Source of the DNA: Bacteroidia bacterium
GTDB lineage: Bacteria; Bacteroidota; Bacteroidia; J057
DNA length: 64,000 nt
Assembly: GCA_045106675.1 (NCBI GenBank)
Contig: JBGCFA010000014.1
Span: 1 to 64,000 of the forward strand
Direction of reading: 5' to 3'
Each line of letters starts with the position of its first letter. Positions within the stretch are counted from its first letter, which is position 1. The notes under the pieces were generated by a model. It saw only the letters and a list, made by a program, of their open reading frames with translations, did no database searches and had not been told where the DNA came from. A program made the translations under genes and the position numbers. Below, in pieces: positions 27,583 through 38,100 of the stretch.

Positions 27583-28248
27583 ATGACAGTCCAAGAAATC
27601 CTCTCTCAACTCGAATCCCTCAGCGACGAAAGAAGACGGAAGCACAACACTAAAAATGGTGCTGGTGACAATCAATTTGGCGTGCCAATGGGTGAAATCC
27701 GCAAAGTGGCCAAGAAGCTAAAAACTAATCATGAGTTGGCTTTGAAACTTTGGGAAACCGGCAATATCGAAGCTAGGCTGGTAGCTATCCTTATTATCAA
27801 ACCCAAAGACTTATCGCCAGACAAAGTAGATCAATTGGTTCGTTCTGTGGGCTTTTTTCAAGTAGCAGATTGGCTCAATGCATATATCGTAAAAAAACAT
27901 CCCGAAAAGGAAACACTTCGTCAAGGCTGGATGCAGGCTAATGATCCAATGGCAGCCCGTGCAGGCTGGAGTTTAACTGCCGAACGAGTGGAGCGCAGTC
28001 CAGAAGGAATCGACCTTCCCGGATTACTCGATCGCATCGTAGCCGAAATGCTTATAGCCGACCCCTTGGTACAATGGACCATGAACAATACGCTTGTAGG
28101 AATTGGTGTCCATCATCCTGAATATCGAGAACGTGCGCTTGCGATAGGGGAGAAGTTGGGCGTTTATCGTGATTATTCTGTACCTAAAGGCTGTACATCA
28201 CCTTTTGCTCCGATGTGGATCAATAAAATGGTGAGTCAGCAGAGCTAA
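27583..28248 (+). CDS. DNA alkylation repair protein (AlkC/AlkD-like HEAT-repeat family).
   Basis: 221 aa. The N-terminus ...RRRKHNTKNGAGDNQFGVPMGEIRKVAKKL...LWETGNIEARLVAIL matches the pattern of the DNA_alkylation family. Confidence 0.65.
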   Translation: MTVQEILSQLESLSDERRRKHNTKNGAGDNQFGVPMGEIRKVAKKLKTNHELALKLWETGNIEARLVAILIIKPKDLSPDKVDQLVRSVGFFQVADWLNAYIVKKHPEKETLRQGWMQANDPMAARAGWSLTAERVERSPEGIDLPGLLDRIVAEMLIADPLVQWTMNNTLVGIGVHHPEYRERALAIGEKLGVYRDYSVPKGCTSPFAPMWINKMVSQQS

Positions 28249-28260
28249 CACAATGAAACA

Positions 28261-28794
28261 ATGAGGAAAATCGTCTACTATGTTGCCATTTCATTGGATG
28301 GCTTCATCTCTGGTCCAGATGGAGACATTAGTGGCTTTTTACAATCGGGGAATGGAGTTGAAAAATACCAACAAGACCTTGCTGAATTTGATACAGTGAT
28401 CATGGGCCGCAATACCTATGAATTTGGCTATCAATATGGCCTGAAGCCCGGCAAGCGTGCTTATCCTCATATGAGGCATTATATCTTCTCAAAGTCCTTG
28501 AAATTTGAAATAGAAAAGCCTGAAGTAGAAGTGTGTGCATTGGACCTTGAGATAGTGCAGCAACTGAAAGCAGAAGAAGGTATCGATATCTATTTGTGTG
28601 GAGGCGGGATATTTGCGGGTTGGCTATTGAAAAATGGGCTGATTGATATCGTAAAAATCAAGCTGAACCCATTTGTTCAAGGAGAAGGAGTGCGACTTTT
28701 TGAAGGCTTACAAAAGCAATATCAACTGTCCCTAGTCGAGAGTAATCTTTATGAAGAGGGGCTACAAATCATGACGTATCAGGTGAATTATTAA
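28261..28794 (+). CDS. Dihydrofolate reductase-like / RibD C-terminal reductase-domain family protein.
   Basis: 177 aa. MRKIVYYVAISLDGFISGPDGDISGF...VIMGRNTYEF...YIFSKS is a typical opening for the RibD_C/DHFR-like fold. Confidence 0.7.
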   Translation: MRKIVYYVAISLDGFISGPDGDISGFLQSGNGVEKYQQDLAEFDTVIMGRNTYEFGYQYGLKPGKRAYPHMRHYIFSKSLKFEIEKPEVEVCALDLEIVQQLKAEEGIDIYLCGGGIFAGWLLKNGLIDIVKIKLNPFVQGEGVRLFEGLQKQYQLSLVESNLYEEGLQIMTYQVNY

Positions 28795-28965
28795 TCAGCT
28801 AAAGCGGCAGTCTTTAGGCGAAAACCTTCTATTTTGAGATAAATATGAGTGTCACAGAATCCATATATCGAGTGTGTGGATATGATTATGGCGATGAAAA
28901 TCCCACTTGACGAGTTCCAACCTCAAACTGTAAAATTGTCATTTAGGGTCCTGAGACACTCGAAG

Positions 28966-29000
28966 GACCTGCTTCGCAGAACGCTAGAAGACGTTCCGAG
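28966..29000. repeat. Copy of the dispersed palindromic repeat: ctgcttcgcagaacgctagaagacgttccg.
   Basis: Intergenic position between the DHFR-like gene and the convergent DPP-IV gene. It matches the 43299 copy at 28/30 positions. Confidence 0.6.
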
Positions 29001-29067
29001 AATCGGCTGTGAAAGTGAAGGCCGCTCAGATACTAGCTCTCTCAAACTCTATCCGCTGGACCCCAAT

Positions 29068-31221
29068 TTAGTTTTGTAAACGGCTGTCGAAATAAGTGAA
29101 GATTTTATTCAATAAATGTAGATTATCCTTGCCACGCACATGATGTTCGTAAATCATATACGGATAAAAATCTATCTGTACATTTTGATCCACCGCTTCG
29201 CGTAACAAGCGATAAGAATGCTGGGGCACTACTACATTGTCCTGTAAACCCTGTATTAGGAGAAGATCTCCTTGGAGTTGCTTGACATAAGGGATCAAGT
29301 TTGCCTTATCATAACCCTCTGGATTGGTCTGGGGAGTATCCATATAGCGCTCTGTGTACATGATTTCATACATACGCCAATCTACAACTGGACCTCCGGC
29401 AACGCCCACCTGAAAGGTTCCTGGCGTTCTCAGCATGAGAGCGCTCGTCATAAATCCACCATAGGACCAACCTAAGACGCCCATGCGCTCAGCATCAATC
29501 CAAGGCTTTTGCTTGAGATATTCTACGCCCACGAGCTGATCTTGAACCTCTAGCGTACCTAATTGGCGGTGCACGGCTTGCTCAAATGCTAAGCCCCGAT
29601 GAGCGGAGCCTCGGTTGTCAAGCGTAAATACGACATAGCCCTGACTGGCAAAGTAGTTCATCAGCATGATCCAACGACCCATAGAGCCGCCCATCCAAGT
29701 ATTGGTTACCATCTGAGCGTGAGGACCACCATAGACATAAGTGAGTACGGGATACTTCTGGGTGCTATCAAAACCTGCGGGCAAAATCATACGGCAATAC
29801 AAATCCGTTCCATCGTTCGCTTTGAGTGAAAATAAACTGGTCTTACCTAACTGAAAATCAGCGAGAGGATTAGCTGCTTTGAATATGCTTTTGACGATTT
29901 CGCCCTTTTTAGTTTCGATGATTTGAGCTTCAAAAGGAGTCTCTGTACTCGAATATTGATCAAGTATATATTTTCCGTCAGCGCTGAGACTTGCCTTATG
30001 CGTTCCCGCTTGAGGGCTAAGACGCTTGAGGCTGCCTTTGCCGAGATCAACAGCATAAATGTGGCGCTCTAAAGGACTTTCTTGGGTGCTTTGGATATAG
30101 AGATATTTCCCCTTCGGACCAAAGCCGAGTACATCCGTTACTTTCCAATTGCCACTCGTGATTGCTCCTAAGGACTTTCCAGAGGCATCATAATGGTATA
30201 AATGATCAAAACCGCTCCGCTCACTATACCATAAAAACTCATCCGGCTTATCGGTGAGGAAGATCGGTCCATGTTCAGGCTCAACGTATTTGGTCTGTCG
30301 TTCGTCGAAGAGTTTTCTATTCAATCTACCATTGACGGCACTGTATCGCTGCAACTCCATATAGTTTTGATCGCGATTGACGACTGCTACATAGACATAT
30401 TGGCCATCTGGACTCCAAGTGATATTGGTGAGATATTGGTCAGCTGGTCCAGAGATCGCTAGATAAACGACTTCTTGGGTATGGACATCGTAGATACCAA
30501 TGCTCGCTTGATGGCTACTGTCTCCCGCCATGGGATACTTTTGCGGCTCATGTAAAGCGGGTACGGCTATCTGATTGACAAAAGGATAATCCTTGACGGG
30601 GCTATGATCAACACGATAAAAGGCTAAGCGTTTCCCATCGGGTGACCAAAACATACCCTTGCGAATACCAAACTCAAAACGGTGGGCCGCCTCACCATAT
30701 GTAAGACCATAGTGGCCATCATCAGTTAGCTGTCTGACGCCAATAGAGTCATTGATATTGACATAGAGATTATGCTCCTTGACTTGAGCGTGAATGCCAT
30801 TGGGACCCCATTCTGTCAATGCAGCTTCTGGATCAATATCTGTTACTTTTTCCAAGACATCTGTATCTAAATGATAGTGTAGCAGACGGTTTTCATGCAT
30901 AAATGAAAAGGTCTCACTATCTACCCATTTGATCCTCGGAAAACGCTTAAGGTCGGCTCCGAGTTTGTTTTTTAATACGTTGAGAGGAACCAATACCTTT
31001 TCATTGCCTTTGAGATCGATCTGTTTGAGATTTTGATTGCTAATATCGATCTGGGTGTAAACCGACTCTGATCCTTTCCATTGCAGTTGAGGCACTCGTT
31101 CGGGAAAATGAGTAGGAGCAATGATATCCTCTATGCTTAAAGTTTGAGTTTGGCCCCAGAGCGATAATGTCCCAAAGACAAGAAGAACAAGGAGTAAGAT
31201 GTAAGCTTGACGGTGTCCCAT
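29068..31221 (-). CDS. Dipeptidyl-peptidase IV-like S9-family serine peptidase.
   Basis: 717 aa. A signal peptide, then a DPP-IV-type beta-propeller. The catalytic domain has GWSYGGFMTSALML (GxSxG), plus Asp and His regions (LLIQGLQDNVV, HHVRG). Confidence 0.85.
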   Translation of the reverse strand: MGHRQAYILLLVLLVFGTLSLWGQTQTLSIEDIIAPTHFPERVPQLQWKGSESVYTQIDISNQNLKQIDLKGNEKVLVPLNVLKNKLGADLKRFPRIKWVDSETFSFMHENRLLHYHLDTDVLEKVTDIDPEAALTEWGPNGIHAQVKEHNLYVNINDSIGVRQLTDDGHYGLTYGEAAHRFEFGIRKGMFWSPDGKRLAFYRVDHSPVKDYPFVNQIAVPALHEPQKYPMAGDSSHQASIGIYDVHTQEVVYLAISGPADQYLTNITWSPDGQYVYVAVVNRDQNYMELQRYSAVNGRLNRKLFDERQTKYVEPEHGPIFLTDKPDEFLWYSERSGFDHLYHYDASGKSLGAITSGNWKVTDVLGFGPKGKYLYIQSTQESPLERHIYAVDLGKGSLKRLSPQAGTHKASLSADGKYILDQYSSTETPFEAQIIETKKGEIVKSIFKAANPLADFQLGKTSLFSLKANDGTDLYCRMILPAGFDSTQKYPVLTYVYGGPHAQMVTNTWMGGSMGRWIMLMNYFASQGYVVFTLDNRGSAHRGLAFEQAVHRQLGTLEVQDQLVGVEYLKQKPWIDAERMGVLGWSYGGFMTSALMLRTPGTFQVGVAGGPVVDWRMYEIMYTERYMDTPQTNPEGYDKANLIPYVKQLQGDLLLIQGLQDNVVVPQHSYRLLREAVDQNVQIDFYPYMIYEHHVRGKDNLHLLNKIFTYFDSRLQN

Positions 31222-31475
31222 AATGTGTTTTGTCGAATGTACTAGTTATGGCTTGTATGTGAGATTTCCAAAGGTTGAATAAAATTACTGTTGAAGCAGC
31301 TAATATAGCATTCGGCCCCAAAAATGCTCCTACTTGGCATTTTTGGCACAGTTTTGACTATATGGAAACGAAGGAAGTTTGGAATACGTTTCTTAGATGG
31401 ATATGTAATATTCTTATCCCTTTTGGATAGTATCTAGGATAATTTCATTCCAAATTGAATCCCCATCAGGGCAGT

Positions 31476-31514
31476 AAATGAAAAACCTCACTGTATGTAA
31501 GCAGTGAGGTTTTT
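31476..31514 (-). terminator. Rho-independent terminator immediately after the stop of the 31519..32226 gene. The hairpin is symmetric and could act in either direction.
   Basis: aaaaacctcactg-tatgtaagc-cagtgaggttttt is a perfect 13-bp stem flanked by A5 and T5. Confidence 0.65.
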
Positions 31515-31518
31515 GTGT

Positions 31519-32226
31519 TTATTCTATGCGACCCTCTTCCAATATATCTGCGCCCAAAAAGCTTGTGTCTGGGAAGGTGTACCATTCTCTGATTTTAGGG
31601 ATGCGCATTTGCCCCACCATAGTTTCTTCTTTGAGCACGATATATTCACCTTTGGGTTGAGTTTCATCGCGATAAAAGCGATATCCAATCATTGCATAAT
31701 TATTGGGCTTGATGTAAAATTGATAAATTTCATCGCCCACCTCTGGATTGTATCGCACTGTCAGTACCCATACATCCTCATTCATATAGCTTGTCTTTTC
31801 TACCTTAGGATCGAGGATCGTGCCTGGATCTTTTAGTTTCATCGGCAAACCATTGAGATAAGTCAGGTAGTCTCTAAACATGAGCGTTCTGGCACAGTCC
31901 AAACGATACTTCTGGATACTATCTTCAGCTAAGTCAGTTTCTCCATTCAAAGCGTAATAGCAGCTATCCTTGAGCATGCCTCTGAGGCTTTGGCTAGCAT
32001 TTTTGGTAGCCTTCATCTCAAACTTCTCTGCTGGGATATTGATCCACGCCTCTCGAATGTTTGAGTCGCCCTTGGGACTTTCAGAACGAATTTTGAGATA
32101 AATTGCACCGCTTGCCCATTGTCCTTGAGGATCATGGTATTGGATAGTGCGTTCGAGTATTTCGCTAGCTGTTGGAGGCTCAGCACTAGCAATGAAAAAA
32201 CTAAAGACTAAGAGTAATATGACCAT
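31519..32226 (-). CDS. Hypothetical secreted protein.
   Basis: 235 aa. The N-terminus is hydrophobic (MVILLLVFSFFIASA). I recognise no catalytic motif. Confidence 0.45.
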   Translation of the reverse strand: MVILLLVFSFFIASAEPPTASEILERTIQYHDPQGQWASGAIYLKIRSESPKGDSNIREAWINIPAEKFEMKATKNASQSLRGMLKDSCYYALNGETDLAEDSIQKYRLDCARTLMFRDYLTYLNGLPMKLKDPGTILDPKVEKTSYMNEDVWVLTVRYNPEVGDEIYQFYIKPNNYAMIGYRFYRDETQPKGEYIVLKEETMVGQMRIPKIREWYTFPDTSFLGADILEEGRIE

Positions 32227-32240
32227 AATATCTAAGCAGC

Positions 32241-33260
32241 TTAAGCATTTGATTGTGGAGAAATACCATCGACCCGACGACTAGGATCAAGTTCCAAAGT
32301 AGCGACGACTTGTCCGTGATCTGATTCCCATGCTGGAACGTCATCATCACTTTGGGTTTCGTCGATAAGATGGTCGTTAAATACCTTGACATAGCCAATG
32401 CGACCGATACTCTGTGGGTTTTCCTCTACCAGCTCCTGGCTGACCATGATATGATCAAGGGCTTCATGGTGTCCATTGTAGATATGTGTAAAATAGTAAT
32501 CCTCATAGCTTTTTCTCGCTTGAATGTCTTTGGCCTGATAGAGCAATACGTCCCAAATCTCCTTTTTGACATCAAGAGGATACTTACGGTGAGGCGGTTC
32601 TCCGGAGAGAATACGAGTGGTTACGGCAAGGCCGGAATCATTGACATCACCTAATAAAATCAAAGGGTGGTCATTTTTTTTGAGATCCGCTAACACCAAT
32701 CCTCTCACGGATGTGGCTTCCATTGCCCTGCGGATCAGGGAACGAGTTTGTGCTTTGGCCAATGCATAATGATCCCCACGTAATTCGCCTTCATAAAAGT
32801 CTGGTCGTTTGCTTTTGAGATGTACCACATAGACGATCACTTTATGCCCAAAGGGTAGCTCGACCAAGGCTCGTAAGACTGGTCTGGAAAATGATTCAAT
32901 GGGGATTTGAGTGCCTTCTAAATCGATCCCTTCGGGGAACGCTTCGATCACTTGGAACTCTAGAATGGGATATTTTGAAACGAGGCCCACCCTTGGCAAT
33001 AGATCTTCTGTGGGATTAGCGACTACAAAGTGAGCCTTATTGAGGCGTTTAGATTGACGCAAAGCATCTTGTAAAGCCTCAGGATGAAATATTTCTTGAA
33101 AACCTACAAGATCAGCGCCCATACGATCGAGTTGTTCCCCAATCCAGCGACATTTCTTCTGATAGGTTTTCTTATTGTATTTGCGGCGGTAGTAGGTAAT
33201 CTCCGGCGATACCAAGTTGAAGGCATTGAAGTTGCCTATTTTGACAATTTTGGCTTTCAT
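32241..33260 (-). CDS. Endonuclease/exonuclease/phosphatase (EEP) family protein.
   Basis: 339 aa. The GFQE, LLGDVNDS, DHIMVSQEL and SDHGQVVATLEL motifs are those of the EEP fold. Confidence 0.75.
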   Translation of the reverse strand: MKAKIVKIGNFNAFNLVSPEITYYRRKYNKKTYQKKCRWIGEQLDRMGADLVGFQEIFHPEALQDALRQSKRLNKAHFVVANPTEDLLPRVGLVSKYPILEFQVIEAFPEGIDLEGTQIPIESFSRPVLRALVELPFGHKVIVYVVHLKSKRPDFYEGELRGDHYALAKAQTRSLIRRAMEATSVRGLVLADLKKNDHPLILLGDVNDSGLAVTTRILSGEPPHRKYPLDVKKEIWDVLLYQAKDIQARKSYEDYYFTHIYNGHHEALDHIMVSQELVEENPQSIGRIGYVKVFNDHLIDETQSDDDVPAWESDHGQVVATLELDPSRRVDGISPQSNA

Positions 33261-33350
33261 ACGACTTCTTTTTCTTTAGGTGGAAAATAGGTCGATTTAT
33301 GTACCCTTGCAACCTTTGGACAGAGATGTATCCTTATATGGTGCCTAGAC

Positions 33351-33752
33351 TTAGTCTCTAGTGAGGACCAAACTTTGGTTTTTTAGGGTGATAAAGTAGA
33401 ACAAAAAGCCGACAGCAAAGAGTAAATGGATACTCGAAAACATATAGCCTAAACTATTCATCACTTCGCTTGAGGCTCCTCTAAAAGTCAAAAAGCTGTC
33501 GATGGTATGAAAACAAAGATTTCCAACTAAGATTGCCTCCAATGCCGGGCTGTTTTCTTTGACATTTCTGGCTATGAGACAGATCAACCCAAAGGATAAT
33601 AACATAGAACCAACAGTACTTGCCATCAGCAAGCCATCACTATCTAACTGAACATCGAGCATTCCAAAGATAGGGGAGGGGAAGAGCAACATGCCGATAC
33701 CAAATGGAATAAACATAATCGAGTTAAGGACTAAAAAGGTCTTAATTGACAT
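33351..33752 (-). CDS. Small integral membrane protein with four predicted TM helices (DUF4345/DoxX-like).
   Basis: 133 aa. Four hydrophobic segments. Confidence 0.45.
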   Translation of the reverse strand: MSIKTFLVLNSIMFIPFGIGMLLFPSPIFGMLDVQLDSDGLLMASTVGSMLLSFGLICLIARNVKENSPALEAILVGNLCFHTIDSFLTFRGASSEVMNSLGYMFSSIHLLFAVGFLFYFITLKNQSLVLTRD

Positions 33753-33807
33753 AATTTGATAGTTTATTATTTCTAATCAATTGATTAGAAATAGGATAAA
33801 AAAATAG

Positions 33808-34374
33808 TTATAATTTCTGGAAGCTCATTTCAATGTAGTTCTTGATTTGTGGGGTATCGATCATTTTGGCACCGAGTACCATGCCTTGAAGCGCCACAAA
33901 TAGGTAGCTTACCTTTTGTTGAGTAACCTCTGGATCATTTTGCTTAGAGAGGGCCTTGGTAAATGCGGTCATGATCTCCTTAGAAAATGCCATGATTTCT
34001 TGAGCAATCGGCTCTGCCATATTTTGGCCCAATTCATTTGCTGTATTGATCATTAGACATCCTCGATAGTGCTGTCCTTTTTGAGTAAAGTCTAGGAACG
34101 CATAAAAAAACTGTTTAATGCTGGTAAGGTCTTGGGGACCATGCACCAAATCCTTCAGTAACATCTTGCGCACCAGATCCTGATAGTGCTTGATACTGGC
34201 CAATAGCACCCCTTCCTTATTATTGAAACTCGCATAGATGGAAAATAGATTGATACCCATGCTCTGTTCCAACATCCGAGTAGAGGTTGAGGTATAGCCT
34301 TGGGACCAAAAAAGATCCATGGCTTTCAATGCTACTTGAGATTCATCATAGTTTTTTTGTCTCGGCATAATCAA
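33808..34374 (-). CDS. TetR/AcrR family transcriptional regulator.
   Basis: 188 aa. The N-terminal HTH ALKAMDLFWSQGYTSTSTRMLEQSMGINLFSIYASFNNKEGVL is TetR-type. Confidence 0.85.
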   Translation of the reverse strand: MIMPRQKNYDESQVALKAMDLFWSQGYTSTSTRMLEQSMGINLFSIYASFNNKEGVLLASIKHYQDLVRKMLLKDLVHGPQDLTSIKQFFYAFLDFTQKGQHYRGCLMINTANELGQNMAEPIAQEIMAFSKEIMTAFTKALSKQNDPEVTQQKVSYLFVALQGMVLGAKMIDTPQIKNYIEMSFQKL

Positions 34375-34436
34375 ATCTAAACAATTGATTAGTTATAAGC
34401 AACAAACTGATTCTAATCTCCTCGCTACCATCACAA

Positions 34437-34892
34437 TTACAATTGATTTTGTGGCAAATTGAGATAGGATGCTATGAACGCATTGACTTGCTGATTGAGG
34501 ATACCAGTCTCGACTTCTATGCCAGCTTCTTGCAGTATGCTGATGCCTTTTCCTAGATTGCGCGGGTCAGGATCTTCTATGGAGATGTATACCTTCTTGG
34601 GGTGTCGCGAGACTAGACTTTTAGCACAGGATGGCGTTCGTCCCTGAAAAGAGCAGGGCTCTAAGGTTACATAGATTTCACAGTCTGCCAAACTACCATC
34701 AACTTGGGCCAGGGCACTTGCTTCTGCGTGAAACTGTCCGGGCGCTTGGGTAAACCCACTCGCAAGTATCTGGCCGTCCTTGACAATTACACAGCCTACG
34801 GGTGGGTTGGGTAGACAATCAGGAAGCGCTTTTTTACTTTCTGCGAGAGCCGCTTTCATAAAAGCGCTTGGATTATATTCTGAAGCTAGCAT
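34437..34892 (-). CDS. Cytidine/deoxycytidylate deaminase-fold protein, RibD deaminase-domain type.
   Basis: 151 aa. HAEASALAQ (the H-A-E zinc/catalytic motif) and YVTLEPCSFQGRTPSC (PC..C) match the RibD N-terminal deaminase domain. Confidence 0.7.
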   Translation of the reverse strand: MLASEYNPSAFMKAALAESKKALPDCLPNPPVGCVIVKDGQILASGFTQAPGQFHAEASALAQVDGSLADCEIYVTLEPCSFQGRTPSCAKSLVSRHPKKVYISIEDPDPRNLGKGISILQEAGIEVETGILNQQVNAFIASYLNLPQNQL

Positions 34893-35168
34893 AACGAGTT
34901 ATCTGTTATTCCTTATGTTCATAACAACAAGCGTTTGACGCTTTTGTCTAAAACATACGAGAAGCAGCGATAATTGGATTTAGATAGAGGTGAATCTTTA
35001 GGTTTAAGTAGTACTTGAAAACGAATTGCCATGTAAGTATCCTACCATTGTCAGTTCAATGCTAAATAGTAACCGTCTATACAAATTGATCATAAATACC
35101 ATTTTTCGTAATTAATTTCCGCGTGAATATTACTAGTCTTTTTCAAACGGTTAATACGATACTCACAC

Positions 35169-38100
35169 ATGTGGTTGACACAATTTAGGCGGAGACCTCT
35201 GCTACTCGTTCTTCTTTTTACTGCTTTTTCGGCCTTTACTCCTTTATTTCTGCCTCCTCCCGGACTTACTAGTCCAGAAGCAATAGGACCATTTCTCAAC
35301 AATACCTTACCTGATAAAACGCCAGGCAATGGAGGTAGTGTTGCATGGAGTGTGACTCCGGCTTACATCAATCTATATTTTGATGATCCTTTGGTGATTG
35401 TTCCTGATGAGCGTGCAAACAAGATTTTTGTAGGTTCACGCGATGGCGTGCTAGAGGTTTTTGATGACAACCCCAATGTTACGACTAAGCAAACAGTAGT
35501 CGATCTGCGCACACAGGTGGCAGAGGTTTGGGATGCTGGTTTCTTAGGCATGGCACTCCACCCAGATTTTGGCTTAGCCGGATCTCCCGACGCCAATTAT
35601 GTGTATCTCTATTACACTGCTAAAGGAGCAAATGGCCAAAATGGTCCGTTTAGCTGTGGAGGTGGTTGTTTTACATGTTTCGATAACCCCAATTTTTTCG
35701 GTAGTTATTTGCGACTTTCTCGCTTTACCTTAGATCCGAGTAATTATACGATTGATCCTGCCACTGAAGTCCGAATGTTCAATATCCGCCAATACAACGG
35801 TACTCACCGTGGTGGTGGAATGGTTTTTGGCGACGATGGCTATTTATACTTAACAATTGGAGATCAAGCGCGCTATACTGGTGCATTGAACATCGTCGAT
35901 AACTTCGAAGGTGGAGTTGTTAGACTTGATGTTGATCAACAAGGAGGAAGTGTCAGCCATGCTCCGCGTCGTAAAATGGGCGTTGAAACGGGGCTTTCAG
36001 ACGAGTTTACGGGTGTTGGATACTATGTACCCAACAGTAACCCTTGGCAAGCTCCTGATAATAGCCTCTTTGAGGAATTTTATACTGTAGGACACCGTAG
36101 TCCTCACCGTATGACCAAAGACCGTGCTACCGGAGATTTATTTATCGGTGAAGTTGGCGGTGGCCAACGCGAAGAAATCAACATCGTAGAAAGCGGGCGA
36201 AACTATGGCTGGCCAATCTTTGAGGGAAACCTCGGCCCGAGTAATCGTTGTAATTCAGGAACCACAATCAATTTTGGTACTTATAAGCCGCCATTGACAG
36301 ATTTTTTGCGTAGCGAAGCCAATGCTATCATTGGTGGCTATGTGTATCGTGGCAATAACTACCCCAATATTGCTGGCCAATATATTTGTGGAGGATATTC
36401 ACAAAATCGAATCTTCAGCATTGATCCTGCTACAGGAACCAAAACAGTATTGACTAGCTTTACTCCAGGTGGATTGATCACCTTTGGCGAATCCAATGAT
36501 GGCGAACTCATCATGGGCCGTCAAAACGGCAATACTAATTTATATGCCCTTACTGGTACAGGAATTGGTGCACCGGCTCCAACTTTACTTTCGCAAGTAG
36601 ATGCATTTTCAGACTTGCAGACGCTTACACCAAAAGCAGGAGTGATTCCTTATGATATGATCGAGGACTTCTGGTCTGATGGCGCGGATAAAGATCGCTG
36701 GATAGCTATCCCTAATGATGGGACACATGATACTCCAGATGAGCAAATCCAATTTTCTGAAAATGGCAACTGGACGTTCCCCAAGGGGGCGGTCCTCATC
36801 AAGCACTTCGAACTGTTTGGCAAACGTCTAGAGACTCGTTTTGAAGTTCACGGCATAGATGGTACTTACTATTATCTCACCTATAAGTGGAATGCCCAAG
36901 GTACGGATGCAACATTACTTACTGACGGGCTTGATGAAACGATCACCGTCAATGGACAAAGTCAAGTATGGCATTTTCCTAGTACGAGTGAATGTCAAAA
37001 CTGTCACCAATCTGCAAGTGGATTTGTACTGGGAGCCAGAACGCGTTATCTCAACCGTGATATCGTCTACCCTCAAACGGGTTTGAGTGCAAATCAATTA
37101 GTGAGTCTTAGTCATATCGGTATCCTAGATCAACCAATTTCTGATACTGATGCAGCAAATTATCTAACGGCAGTCGCCAAGGATGATCCCAATGCCAGTT
37201 TAGAGATTAAGGCGCGTTCATACCTTGACCTCAATTGTTCTTATTGCCACCAGCCGGGTACAGGCAATCGTGCTGTTTTTGACGCACGCTTAACGACAGA
37301 TCTCTCGAATCAAGATATTATCAATGGTTCGGTTATCGAAGCCCTCGGTCTGAGTGACGCAAGGGTCATCGTTCCACAGAATGTGGGCCAATCAGTGACT
37401 CACTATCGTATGAACTCTCTCTTAAGCGGGGTAGCAATGCCTCCTTTAGCTAAAAATAAAATTGATACCGAAGGCGTCCAGCTGATCGAAGACTGGATCA
37501 ACAGCCTAACACCAGATACGACCCAAAACTTAGTCGTTGTGGGTGATGCTGTCCAACAAGCTGGCGGTTGTTATGAATTGACCGCTGCACAAAATAGCTT
37601 AGCAGGAGCTGCTTGGTATCCTGAAGTAATCAGCCTCGATGAAGATGCCACCATTACTTTCAATATTGGTATGGGAAGCAATGATGCGGGTGCCGATGGA
37701 GCAACCTTTATCTTCCAAAATCAAGGTACTGATGTTATCGGTACATTAGGTGGTGGATTAGGAGCTACGGGCATAACCCCTTCTTTGGGTATTTCATTTG
37801 ACACTTATGGACAAGTTGATGACCAAATCGTGATTTGGCAAAATGGCGCTATTGCTACTGCCTTAGCCGGTCCGGTATGTGCGCTGCCTTCATGTGTCAA
37901 TATTGAAGATGGTGGTACACATGCAGTTGAAATCCAATGGGATGCAGGCCTTCAGCGTTTGCAAGTCCTTTTTGATGGTTCGCTGCGTGCTACTTATACC
38001 GACAATGTCGTACAAACCATTTTTGGCGGCAATCCTTGGGTCTATGTCGGAGCTACTGCTGCGACTGGCGGACTCAATAATCTCCATGAGATCTGTAATT

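Noticed and set aside
28849-29079. 76-aa plus-strand ORF between the DHFR-like and DPP-IV genes
   Set aside because: It spans the repeat element at 28966-29000 and runs into the convergent gene's stop. It is most likely non-coding.
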